A DNA stretch of 40,635 nucleotides, from IMG/VR virus record IMGVR_UViG_3300032330_000963, positions 1 to 40,635 of that record, one strand, 5' to 3'. The stretch's first letter is position 1. Each line of letters begins with the position of its first letter. This document shows, piece after piece, positions 8,796 to 17,947 of this stretch. The translations under genes were made by a program, and so were the position numbers. The DNA is from a virus (taxonomy: Duplodnaviria; Caudoviricetes). Below the pieces are notes generated by a model. The model saw only the letters and a program-made list of their open reading frames with translations. It was not told the DNA's origin and made no database searches.

Positions 8796-10240
8796 GACAG
8801 CCATGTAGCTAGGTCTTCACCTAGCACTTGAGCTGCAATGTTCTTCTTAGCTCTCAGTGCTTTGATGATCTTCTCGTCAATGGTACCCTGAGTACAGAGG
8901 TCCACGTAGTTCACAGACTTGGTCTGTCCAATACGGTGAGCACGGTCTTCAGACTGTTCCCTGTACTCGAGGTTGTAGCTGTTCGAATAGTAGACCACGG
9001 TTGAAGCTGCGGTCAATGTCAAACCATATCCACCAGTAGATGGGTTGCCAATAAAGAACCTGGTATTAGGATCGTCTTGGAAACGCTTGACTGCATCAGA
9101 TCTATCATCAGTACTAGTGGCTCCGTAGTAGGTAACTACGGACTCTGGACCGTAGACCTCGGCCAGCTTCTCGGTAATCTTCTTGATGTCCTGTACGTAG
9201 GTCGCCCAGATGATGACCTTGTCGCCAGCTTCCTCGAGCACGTCCATCAGCTCATCGAGTCTATTGTTCGGTACGTCAACAACGGTACCATCGTCAGACT
9301 TGAAGTGGCCACAAGTAATCTGGTGCAGCCGCAGAATCTCTGTTAAGACATTGTCCACAGTGATTGCCTTCCCCTGTAATGAGGCAATGGCCGTATCTGA
9401 CAACTGCTTGTAGATCTGCTTCTGCTCCTTGCTCAATTCAACGTACCTATACTGGTACACCTTGTCAGGCAAGTCAAGACAGTCTGCCTTCTTGACGCGG
9501 TACGAGAACCGCTGCAAGAGCTTCGTCAATTCCTCTAGCTGCTTAAACCCAACGATCTTCTTGAAGCTGCGGTTGCCGGCCTTGATGTCAACCATGATGG
9601 CGTACCGATTGCGGAACGTGTAGTAGCTGCTGAAGCCTAGCAGATGCGGGTTCAAGAACTGACACTGACTGTACAAGTCTAATGGACTGCGGGTCACAGG
9701 GGTTCCTGTCAGGATCCGCTTGTACTTCGCCTTCATACCTACCTTGATCACGTTCTTGGTGCGTGCTGCTGCCGGGTTCTTGATTGCCGTTGATTCGTCT
9801 ACGACCATGGCAACGCGTCCACCGATGTCCATGAACAGGCTAGCAAACTTGGTACCACGCTCCGTGGAGAATGCTTCGACGTTCATGACCAGGATTCTTA
9901 GGTCGTCTGACTGGCTCATCACGTGATCTAGTGCTTGCTGCTCTGCCTTTTTTGGCGCAGCGTGCCATGATGCCATGACGTACCGGACATGGTCAGGCAG
10001 GTGGGTTGGTATCTCCTTGGTCACCCAGTTCATGTAGACACCCTTGGGAGCCACAATAAGTACAGAGTTAATCCGACCTGAGTCATAGAGGTACGCGATC
10101 GAGTCAATCGCTACCTTTGTTTTGCCTGTTCCCATCTCCATGAACAGACCAAATTCGTCCTTTTCTTTGGACATGTCCCAGGCTTTGGCTTGATGAGCGT
10201 AGGGCTTGGTCTTGAATGGGTATATGTTGCTATGGTCCAT
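8792..10240 (-). CDS. SNF2-family (SF2) DNA helicase
   Basis: Motifs MEMGTGKT, VVDES, LTGTP, GGYGLTL, QSEDRAHRIGQ. Confidence 0.92.
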   Translation of the reverse strand: MDHSNIYPFKTKPYAHQAKAWDMSKEKDEFGLFMEMGTGKTKVAIDSIAYLYDSGRINSVLIVAPKGVYMNWVTKEIPTHLPDHVRYVMASWHAAPKKAEQQALDHVMSQSDDLRILVMNVEAFSTERGTKFASLFMDIGGRVAMVVDESTAIKNPAAARTKNVIKVGMKAKYKRILTGTPVTRSPLDLYSQCQFLNPHLLGFSSYYTFRNRYAIMVDIKAGNRSFKKIVGFKQLEELTKLLQRFSYRVKKADCLDLPDKVYQYRYVELSKEQKQIYKQLSDTAIASLQGKAITVDNVLTEILRLHQITCGHFKSDDGTVVDVPNNRLDELMDVLEEAGDKVIIWATYVQDIKKITEKLAEVYGPESVVTYYGATSTDDRSDAVKRFQDDPNTRFFIGNPSTGGYGLTLTAASTVVYYSNSYNLEYREQSEDRAHRIGQTKSVNYVDLCTQGTIDEKIIKALRAKKNIAAQVLGEDLATWLS

Positions 10241-10270
10241 ATTATTTCCCGCGTTTCTGGGGCCTCTCTG

Positions 10271-11731
10271 TTATCCGATTTCGTAGAAAAGATTGGTTTG
10301 CGGCTGAACCAGGTGCAGATTCTGTTTTGCCCGCGTCATTCCTACGTAAAACACCCGAGTTTCGTCATCAGGGTATTGCTGCATGTACTTGTACGACCTG
10401 GCTGCCATGTCAGTCAGCAAGAGTACGTTGTCTGCTTCTCCACCCTTCACTGCATGAATGGTGTTGATCTTGATCCTTGGTTCGCCGATCAACGACTCAC
10501 CTTGGCGTCTGGCTGAGATGTAGTATTCCCGCTCAGCTGACGGTATCTTGATCAATCGCTCGTGCCAGATTCCTGGTTCAAGCTTCAGTTCCTGCAGTTC
10601 GTATATTCTTTCTTTGTCGGTTCTCTTTCTGATTCCCATGAACCGATAGATCAATCTTACCTCATCTCCTGTTGCCGTCTTACCGGCACATAAGCGAGTC
10701 CACGCAATTATTGCTTTGAGACTATCGTTCTCCAGGGGCGAATGCTTCAGGCTTTGGAATGGGTAACCATTGCGCAGGCAAATGTCCTCTAGTCCTTTAT
10801 TGAGATAGGAATTACGGCTAAGGAGCAGCCACTGTCCTTTGGACAGGTCGACTTCTTCACTGTCAAAATGCCAGTTAACGCTACCTGGTACGTCTGCTGG
10901 CTTGAATCGCTTCGGTACTCTTCCCGGTATACGTGAGAGGAGATTGGTTGCCATTCGATGCACAGCGATGGGGACGCGATAAGACTGATCGAGGACAATA
11001 CGGCGTCCGGGTAAATGAATAAGTCTCTCAACATCAGCTCCGGCCCATCGATAGATAGCCTGATCGTCGTCGCCTGCAACATACCTGTCCTCCACTTTCT
11101 CTGTTAGCTTCTCCACGAAGTCCCACTGCAGCGCAGACAAGTCTTGCGCTTCATCCACAAACACGGCGTCTAGCTTTGGCGACATACCTACCTTCAACCA
11201 TTGCTCAAGCAAGTCAGTGAAGTCCATGAGCTTGTGGATCTTCTTGTAACTAGCCAGGGTCCTTGATACACGATCAAGTTCACCCCAGTCTATCTCATCA
11301 TCACCACATTCTTCAAAGACCTTGCGCAATGGAACCCGCATGATACGAGCAAGATTGTCCAGGAAGAAATACCTATCGCCCAAAGGCATTCCCTGTATCA
11401 CGCCATCCTCTGTGTTAGAGTATCCACTGACCTCAATGCCTAGCTTCTCACCAAGTTCCTTGTAGTTCGTGCGCTGCAGCATGGCACTGGGTTTCATACC
11501 CAACTGCAAGAAAGCAAGACTATGAATGGTACGGAAGTAAGGCATGTCGTCCTTGGTAAAACCAAATCGCTCCGCAGCTCGGGACCGTGCCTCATTCGCC
11601 GCCTTTTTGGTAAATGCAATGTACCCGATACGCTCTGGCTTCACCCCCTTCTCCAAGCGGTCTTCAATGAACCGCATCCCTGCAGTCGTTTTGCCTGTCC
11701 CTGGCGGCCCAAAGATAATTGTCCACGTCAA
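10271..11731 (-). CDS. UvrD/Rep-like SF1 DNA helicase
   Basis: Motifs GPPGTGKTT, VDEAQD, GDDDQAIY, QSYR, TIHAVKGGE, YVGMTRAK. TTG start overlaps the primase stop. Confidence 0.92.
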   Translation of the reverse strand: MTWTIIFGPPGTGKTTAGMRFIEDRLEKGVKPERIGYIAFTKKAANEARSRAAERFGFTKDDMPYFRTIHSLAFLQLGMKPSAMLQRTNYKELGEKLGIEVSGYSNTEDGVIQGMPLGDRYFFLDNLARIMRVPLRKVFEECGDDEIDWGELDRVSRTLASYKKIHKLMDFTDLLEQWLKVGMSPKLDAVFVDEAQDLSALQWDFVEKLTEKVEDRYVAGDDDQAIYRWAGADVERLIHLPGRRIVLDQSYRVPIAVHRMATNLLSRIPGRVPKRFKPADVPGSVNWHFDSEEVDLSKGQWLLLSRNSYLNKGLEDICLRNGYPFQSLKHSPLENDSLKAIIAWTRLCAGKTATGDEVRLIYRFMGIRKRTDKERIYELQELKLEPGIWHERLIKIPSAEREYYISARRQGESLIGEPRIKINTIHAVKGGEADNVLLLTDMAARSYKYMQQYPDDETRVFYVGMTRAKQNLHLVQPQTNLFYEIG

Positions 11732-13215
11732 AAGATCTCTCCACTCTCGCCTAAGTCAGGAGTATCAAAGTCACCATGATGCTTCTCAAACTCTTCGACT
11801 GCCCACAGGTTTACGCCCTTGCCCTTCAAATTAAAGAAGTGATGTTCAGCTCCGCCTTCACGCAGCACTGACGTGACTTGGTGGACCTTGTAATCTCTGA
11901 AGTGATGACGATCTAGGAACGCCATTAAGTCTGCCATCCTGAAATAGTGTTTGCCACCATCGGTCCATGGCTTACCAAGCAAGATCTCTTCCTTGGTCTT
12001 AGCTTGCACACGGCCTGTACAGAATCTCTCGACGTACTCGAACAACTGACCTACTGGTGAAGCATCAGGTGGTGCCTCAATGACAGTGAGATTCTCAAGC
12101 AGGTGATTGACAAGTTTGGTCCATGCAATATCATTCATCTTGCCTGGCAGCACGTTCAATCGTTCCATGCACTTGCGCTGGAACCTGCGTTGGTTGTGCA
12201 GATCGTCTGTATCTAGTTCGAGACGACCCCCACCATCCACGTCCAAGAACCAAATTGGAGGGTTAGTATTGAACTTCGTGAGACTGTGAACAGCAGGCAT
12301 ATCAGAGTTAGTGCCAACACCATGTTTACGAAGTTTGCAAACAGCAACATTGCAGTAAGGAGCGATGGGAGGTTTACTACAAGTATATTGGTACTCTTTT
12401 CGTCTGGCTGATTTGATGACACCTTGAACCTCGCTTGATGATAGTGGTGGATCCATAAGTTGAACGTTGAAGCTCTCAAGTTCAGACTCCCAATTGTCAG
12501 GGCTTTTCTTACGGCAGTAGACTGCGATGTTGAACAAGCCGTTGTTCCTGGTTCCCTGAGGAAAACCCTTGGTACCAAGATGCTGCAAGCAAGGAGGACC
12601 GTCTTCAAAGCCAGCCTTGACTGCAATGGTTAGTGATTCGAGTTGCTTGGCAGTGAAGCGGTTCTCAAGGACCTTTTGAACGAAGACCTCTGCTGCCATG
12701 CCTTGGCACCAACGCGTGTCGCCGAAATAAGGCATGTTGATCCATTGACCAATGTCTCCACGATCCGCGAGGATTTTGGTTTGCTTCGGAAAAATTTCGC
12801 AGCCGCCATAACCCATGTAAGCTGCAAGGTCTTTCAACTTCTGCTGCATGAGACCAGCTTCTACCCATTCGCTTGTGAACAGGTAGAGATGGATACCACC
12901 TGACTTGCTTGCACAAGGAAACAGGGGTACCTTCAATTCTTGTATTGCTGCATTGATCTTAGGTAGGTCAATGCTTCCATCGTACGTGTCGATGTCAATG
13001 GCACCAAACTTACACATGGACTCGTCGTTGATTGGAATAACGCCAAGACCTGTCTTACCTTCGAGGTGTTGCTGCCACAATTCCTTGGTTACCGGTTCAC
13101 GAACAGTGGTAGCCTTGCCAGTCAACTTGTTGTCTTGGCGGCTTCCCTTGATTGCATAGGTTCCATGAGCGCGCAGCAAGCCCTCGAAAATCTCCATGAA
13201 ATTTTCTACTAGCAT
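11728..13215 (-). CDS. Archaeo-eukaryotic-type primase with PriCT-like domain
   Basis: AEP motifs GAIDID and SKSGGIHLY; PriCT-like GTRNNGLF...PPLSSSEV. Confidence 0.8.
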   Translation of the reverse strand: MLVENFMEIFEGLLRAHGTYAIKGSRQDNKLTGKATTVREPVTKELWQQHLEGKTGLGVIPINDESMCKFGAIDIDTYDGSIDLPKINAAIQELKVPLFPCASKSGGIHLYLFTSEWVEAGLMQQKLKDLAAYMGYGGCEIFPKQTKILADRGDIGQWINMPYFGDTRWCQGMAAEVFVQKVLENRFTAKQLESLTIAVKAGFEDGPPCLQHLGTKGFPQGTRNNGLFNIAVYCRKKSPDNWESELESFNVQLMDPPLSSSEVQGVIKSARRKEYQYTCSKPPIAPYCNVAVCKLRKHGVGTNSDMPAVHSLTKFNTNPPIWFLDVDGGGRLELDTDDLHNQRRFQRKCMERLNVLPGKMNDIAWTKLVNHLLENLTVIEAPPDASPVGQLFEYVERFCTGRVQAKTKEEILLGKPWTDGGKHYFRMADLMAFLDRHHFRDYKVHQVTSVLREGGAEHHFFNLKGKGVNLWAVEEFEKHHGDFDTPDLGESGEIF

Positions 13216-13223
13216 GCAATGAA

Positions 13224-13244
13224 CCGGGGGCTGTTAACCCCCGG
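13224..13244 (-). terminator. GC-rich hairpin after the ssb gene (weak terminator or processing site)
   Basis: CCGGGGG-ctgttaa-CCCCCGG, with only a short U tail on the minus strand. Confidence 0.45.
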
Positions 13245-13252
13245 CCTCCTGG

Positions 13253-14002
13253 TTAGAAGTGGTTGGACGACTCGGTGTGATCTTGATCAGGAGCTGCAGT
13301 GCGTACAAGACCGCTGCCAACTTGCTGTGCAAAGTCGCGAGCTGCTTGATACAGACCTGGCTCAGTGACCTGACCAACAATGTCAATGGTCCAGCCCATC
13401 CACGCGCCCTTATCGTTCTGTTCACCAACAGACCCGAGCTTGTACATGTGACTGAAGCGAGCTGGTGTGACCATGCCTGTAGGACCCTTGACCTTCAGGT
13501 TATTCATCAAGCTATTCCAACGACGATTCTTCTTGAGCTGTGTGCTGCTCATGGTGATCAAACCAGGTTCCATGACACCAGTGTCGAGCTCAACGCGCAG
13601 CACGAAGTGGTACGCAGTCTCGACAAGGATGTTGCCTGATGGAGTCGTCAACTTACCGTTGACGTTCTTCGCATCAGTGACTACCGCGCTAGTAATCGAG
13701 TGTTGGCCAACCAAGCCGCCACCCTGTTCACGAGGTTTCCATTCAACGAACTCACGCTTGTACGCGCAAGGAATAACCACGATGTCTTTGAAGACCTCTT
13801 CGGTTACAGTGTTGAAGATGTTACCGGCCTTTGCGTTCTGCAAAGTATCCAGTTGAGGTGAAAGCTTTTGCAAGATGTTGAAGAATGGAATAGCCATATC
13901 TTGGCTAGTCATTCCCTCCATACCCATACCAGCATCTGCTGCAAAGTCAATCACTGCAAGGGCGCCACCCTGCTTCTTTTCAGCTACTTCGTTTTTCGCC
14001 AT
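13253..14002 (-). CDS. Putative ssDNA-binding protein
   Basis: Position in the replication module, REFVEWKPREQGGGLVG motif, acidic tail ending in F. Start MAKNEV with AGAAAGGA RBS. Confidence 0.6.
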   Translation of the reverse strand: MAKNEVAEKKQGGALAVIDFAADAGMGMEGMTSQDMAIPFFNILQKLSPQLDTLQNAKAGNIFNTVTEEVFKDIVVIPCAYKREFVEWKPREQGGGLVGQHSITSAVVTDAKNVNGKLTTPSGNILVETAYHFVLRVELDTGVMEPGLITMSSTQLKKNRRWNSLMNNLKVKGPTGMVTPARFSHMYKLGSVGEQNDKGAWMGWTIDIVGQVTEPGLYQAARDFAQQVGSGLVRTAAPDQDHTESSNHF

Positions 14003-14008
14003 GATCAA

Positions 14009-14542
14009 TTATCCTTTCTTGATACTTGCTTTTTGCCCGATATAAATACCCAACAGATCAAAGGGCAGGTTCTGACCTGTCTCTACCTGTTCACGCACAA
14101 ACGCTTTGAACGTCATTGGGTGAACTCCGGTCTTGTCAGTGTAAGACGTACCGTTGTCACGCAAGAAGACTTTGAAATCCTCCGCACGGTTGTCTTCACC
14201 TTTTCCAAAGCTGACTGTCACGTCGTTCTTGATCAAGTCACCATGACCATTGTCGCGTAACCAAGCCATTGCTTCGTCGTATTTCTCTTTGGGTGGATTA
14301 GCCTGGTAGTACGGCTTGACTGTTACCTTGCTGCCATCCAGCAGTTTGATCTCAGACAAACCGCACTCAGCCAAAGCTTCTGGTAGATCCTTCTCAGCAA
14401 CCTGAGTCAGAGCTTCCTTCTTCTCTTTGAGTTGTGCTTCAAGGTCTTCAACCTCTTTCTCAAGCACGAGCTGCCGATTGGCTAACTCAGCTACCACCGT
14501 CAGGCTTTCATCTGACGCAAAGCTGTCTTCAGTAGTCATCAC
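14009..14542 (-). CDS. Conserved replication-module hypothetical protein
   Basis: Coiled coil, then AWLRDNGHGDLIK and VHPMTFKAFVRE; coupled to its neighbours. Confidence 0.65.
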   Translation of the reverse strand: MMTTEDSFASDESLTVVAELANRQLVLEKEVEDLEAQLKEKKEALTQVAEKDLPEALAECGLSEIKLLDGSKVTVKPYYQANPPKEKYDEAMAWLRDNGHGDLIKNDVTVSFGKGEDNRAEDFKVFLRDNGTSYTDKTGVHPMTFKAFVREQVETGQNLPFDLLGIYIGQKASIKKG

Positions 14543-14849
14543 TTCTCCTCATTAAATCGAATTCAACTACGTAATACCGCATCTCTTGCCGATCCCATTT
14601 GAGCAACTTCATGCGCCCATTGTTCATCATGCAGGCTACGGCTCCGGCTGCAGCAATGGCTGCAGGATCGCCGACCATGAGCAAGTAATCCTCGTCCGTG
14701 AACCGGGCGAGACCACGCTTTAGTCTGGCTGCTGTAGGTCCGGAGGAAAACGCAACATTACCCGGCGGCAACAACACTTGTAGGTTGCCAAACTTTTCTG
14801 CGGGCAGTAGGTTTATTCCTCGAACTTCTTGAACGACGTACACCGTCAT
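14529..14849 (-). CDS. Hypothetical protein
   Basis: Strong RBS AGAAAGGAGAA; DYLLMVGDP...LKWDRQ. Confidence 0.7.
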   Translation of the reverse strand: MTVYVVQEVRGINLLPAEKFGNLQVLLPPGNVAFSSGPTAARLKRGLARFTDEDYLLMVGDPAAIAAAGAVACMMNNGRMKLLKWDRQEMRYYVVEFDLMRRSDDY

Positions 14850-14895
14850 CTTTTCTCCTTTCTGATATTGACTATATCACACTATTGCCAATAAG

Positions 14896-15312
14896 CTAAC
14901 TGTGATAGATTATATCCGCGACTGTTTCCCAAATCTTTTTATCACCTGATTGCAGCATCCAACAGGAACGAATCTTGCTGATGTGAAGTTTGACCACCCC
15001 TTTCTTTGTTGTCGCTTCGATCTTGTCTGAGATCGACACCAGTTCTGCTCCAGTGAAAAGCAAAATCATTTCGTCGTACTTGACTAGTACAAATACCCGT
15101 CCATTCTCGACAGCTCGCCTGGTCATGAAGACCACTTGAGCTGCACGAAAATAGATGTAGTGTCCCTTGGCTACCTTGAGTTCGATCCACGCTTCCTTGC
15201 CTTGCCAGCAAGCGTTAACGTCAGGTGTTCCTACGCCAGCGGTGTTCTCAATGCGGACCAAGTGCCCGGGTAAACGGGCCTTGACCTGTAGCCAGAAGTC
15301 ACTCTCTGTCAT
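14896..15312 (-). CDS. PD-(D/E)xK nuclease (VRR-NUC/Holliday junction resolvase-like)
   Basis: MTES, RIEN...GTPDV...WIELK and downstream Q. Confidence 0.8.
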   Translation of the reverse strand: MTESDFWLQVKARLPGHLVRIENTAGVGTPDVNACWQGKEAWIELKVAKGHYIYFRAAQVVFMTRRAVENGRVFVLVKYDEMILLFTGAELVSISDKIEATTKKGVVKLHISKIRSCWMLQSGDKKIWETVADIIYHS

Positions 15313-15640
15313 AGTCAGCGTCGAGGTTTACGGGTATAGGACCTTGCATAGCCAAGCAGTCTCCCCACACCCGTGAATAGGTGGTAGTCAGGGATGGATC
15401 AGATGCATCCTTGAAGTTCGCGTAGTTGATGTCATACACTTCCTTGACCAGGGTCTTGGCTACCTCTTCGCGAGGCAACACCATGCGCCAATGGTAGTCA
15501 GCATACGGCGTGTGCTGAAACTCCCGCAATGGGAATAGTTCAGTTAGATGTTCACGCCTGCGGGCGCGTACACACAACAAGTTCCGGTCTTCGCGATGCT
15601 CGACAATACTGAGCATGCCTCTTGTGGTAAAGATCCACAT
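15299..15640 (-). CDS. Hypothetical protein
   Basis: MWIFTTRGMLSIV...INYANFK; RBS AAAGGAG. Confidence 0.7.
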   Translation of the reverse strand: MWIFTTRGMLSIVEHREDRNLLCVRARRREHLTELFPLREFQHTPYADYHWRMVLPREEVAKTLVKEVYDINYANFKDASDPSLTTTYSRVWGDCLAMQGPIPVNLDADYDRE

Positions 15641-15651
15641 GTCATTCTCCT

Positions 15652-17520
15652 TTATTTTGATTCACCCCAAGTCGGACCCATCTCTAAGTCCACCTTGATT
15701 GGAACGTTTATCTTAACACAGTTCTCCATGATCTCCTTGATTCTTTCGCCGTGTTTTTTATCACGGACCGAGAAGCACAGTTCATCGTGGACCTGTATGT
15801 GTGCAAGTTCTCCCTCCTTGTAGAGGTCAACCATTGCTTTCTTGGTCATGTCAGCAGCACCGCCTTGAATCAGGGCATTCAATGCCTTGTGAGTCATGGA
15901 CCTACGCAGCGGACGATCTGCCCAAATTTTTTGCGCCTGATCGAGAGTCAACGGATTTTCTCTGTTAGGGTAGACGTTGCGACTGTCTGCCGGTTCCCAA
16001 AGATTGAAGTGCCGCTTGCGACCTAGCAAGGTCTTGATCCACCCCTTGTCCGATACTGACTGGCTGCATCGTTGACTGAGCTGCCTGACAAACGGAACAC
16101 GGTCATGGTACTGCTCGAACAGGGGTTTGGCGTCCTCAATAGGGACCCCTAGTTCTTGCGAAAGCTTAAAGATGCCCATACCATAGAACATACCCAGATT
16201 GATGGTCTTGGCATGCTTTCTGGTGATCCCTGCCATGTCTGCAACCATTTGATGGAAGTCGGTGTCGCCTGTATACTGAGCAACGGCATCACTTGCGCCC
16301 TTCAAACCGAGAAGATCCGCATAATGGACCAAAACCCTGGGTTCTTGCTGGCTGTAGTCGCAGCTAGCCCACTCCATTCCTTCGTCTGGTAGGAATAGAC
16401 CACGGATCATCGGACCCCAATGCTCGTCACGGGCAGGAACCTGCTGCAAGTTCGGCATGGAACTGCTGAACCTACCAGACCTGGTACCTGACTCGTCTTT
16501 GCGCAAGGCGTGGAACTGACAATGGATACGACCGCTGTGTTCCATCTTGAGGACCATGCCTTCAATGAAGTCACGACGCATTTTGTTGATGCGCCTGTAC
16601 TCAGCTGCCTTCTTAGCTAGTGGATGCTCATGAGCAGCTAACCAATCGCCGGTAAAGCTTGGGTTGCCTTTGCCTGTTCTTGGGTACCAGACTTTGAGCT
16701 TGTCGAAAGCTTTTCCAAGGTCGTCACTTGACCACACGTCGATCGCGTGACCAGCAACATCTCTGAGTTCTCCCAAGATCCGTGCCTCATCTCGCAGACA
16801 CTGGTCATTGATCTGCTCGGCTCGATCGACATCCACGCGGACGCCTCTAAACCGCATGTCGAGCATGATAGGTACAAGCGCAGACTCGAGTTCGAAGACG
16901 TCCCAAAGATCCTCTTCGTGAAGGATTCGCTTTTGCTGTTCCCATATACGAAGCGGCAGGGCTGCGTCTGCTTCGGCGTAGGGACCAACGTACCTGGCGG
17001 GGAGTCGCCACAATCCTGATTTCGGATCCACTCCATAAGCAGCAGCAGCTTGGCGTAGCAGTGACTCATCTTTGTCTTCTCCCAAATACTTCTTGGACAG
17101 GGCTGATAGGCTATAGCTTACTTGGTTTTCGTCGATGAGCGGTTCCGCGATCTGAATATCCCACACAGGACCAGCGACAGACACGCCTTCCGCCCTAAGC
17201 CATTCAAGATCGTATATGAGATTAGCCCCAACTTTAGGTTGATCTGTCTTAAGAACCTTCTCAACATAAGCGAGTACCTGAGCCTTGTCGAGATTATCGC
17301 CACCTTCATGCGCAATCGGTAGGTAAACAGTTTCATTTCCATCCGAAAGACTAATCCCGACAACTTGCCCATCATACCTGACTCCCCCTGGTCCCCGATC
17401 CATCAGATGCGGGTCCCTCGTTTCGCAGTCCAAAGAGATCGCCTTGGCCTGGCTGAAGTCGGGCAGTTCTACCGGTGGGCGCCATGCTGAGTTCGGCGTA
17501 AACATTGGCAATTGATCCAT
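15652..17520 (-). CDS. polA: DNA polymerase, family A, with 3'-5' exonuclease (about 622 aa)
   Basis: ExoI DCET, ExoIII YAEAD, SGRFSS..PNLQQ, motif A DYSQQEPR, motif B AKTINLGMFYGMG, motif C QVHDE. Start reassigned to MDQLPMF (17520) behind AAAGGAGA. Confidence 0.95.
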   Translation of the reverse strand: MDQLPMFTPNSAWRPPVELPDFSQAKAISLDCETRDPHLMDRGPGGVRYDGQVVGISLSDGNETVYLPIAHEGGDNLDKAQVLAYVEKVLKTDQPKVGANLIYDLEWLRAEGVSVAGPVWDIQIAEPLIDENQVSYSLSALSKKYLGEDKDESLLRQAAAAYGVDPKSGLWRLPARYVGPYAEADAALPLRIWEQQKRILHEEDLWDVFELESALVPIMLDMRFRGVRVDVDRAEQINDQCLRDEARILGELRDVAGHAIDVWSSDDLGKAFDKLKVWYPRTGKGNPSFTGDWLAAHEHPLAKKAAEYRRINKMRRDFIEGMVLKMEHSGRIHCQFHALRKDESGTRSGRFSSSMPNLQQVPARDEHWGPMIRGLFLPDEGMEWASCDYSQQEPRVLVHYADLLGLKGASDAVAQYTGDTDFHQMVADMAGITRKHAKTINLGMFYGMGIFKLSQELGVPIEDAKPLFEQYHDRVPFVRQLSQRCSQSVSDKGWIKTLLGRKRHFNLWEPADSRNVYPNRENPLTLDQAQKIWADRPLRRSMTHKALNALIQGGAADMTKKAMVDLYKEGELAHIQVHDELCFSVRDKKHGERIKEIMENCVKINVPIKVDLEMGPTWGESK

Positions 17521-17947
17521 GATGTATCCATTCTCCTTTCCAAAGGTTTCTAGCTGCTGCATGCGGGTATTCCTCAAGGAACACTATGCGCTTGCAGCCC
17601 GTATTCATAAACAGCTTGATGCACGTGATGCAAGGACTTGCCGTCACGTAAGCCGTCTCTATTTCTTTCGCGTCCCTACATTGAAGGAGCGCGTTCTGTT
17701 CCGCGTGGATCGCCTCACATAGATCGAGCCCCCGTCCAGACGGAAGACCAGCACCAGGACAAGCAGTATCAATACAATGGGCAACGCCGCGAGCAACACC
17801 GTTATAGCCAGTAGCCAAAACATGCTTGTGCCTATCCACGAGCACGCAACCGACACGACGTCTTCGACATGTTGCACGAAGGGAAACGAGCGCAGCCATC
17901 GCCAGAAAGTATTCATCGCTACTTGGTCTCCAAAATTCCTGATCCAT
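17372..17947 (-). CDS. dCMP deaminase (cytidine deaminase superfamily)
   Basis: RATCRRRRVGCV, TGYNG, HAEQNA and SPCITC Zn motifs. Start reassigned to MDQEFWRP (17947) behind GGGAG. Confidence 0.9.
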   Translation of the reverse strand: MDQEFWRPSSDEYFLAMAALVSLRATCRRRRVGCVLVDRHKHVLATGYNGVARGVAHCIDTACPGAGLPSGRGLDLCEAIHAEQNALLQCRDAKEIETAYVTASPCITCIKLFMNTGCKRIVFLEEYPHAAARNLWKGEWIHHGSIANVYAELSMAPTGRTARLQPGQGDLFGLRNEGPASDGSGTRGSQV

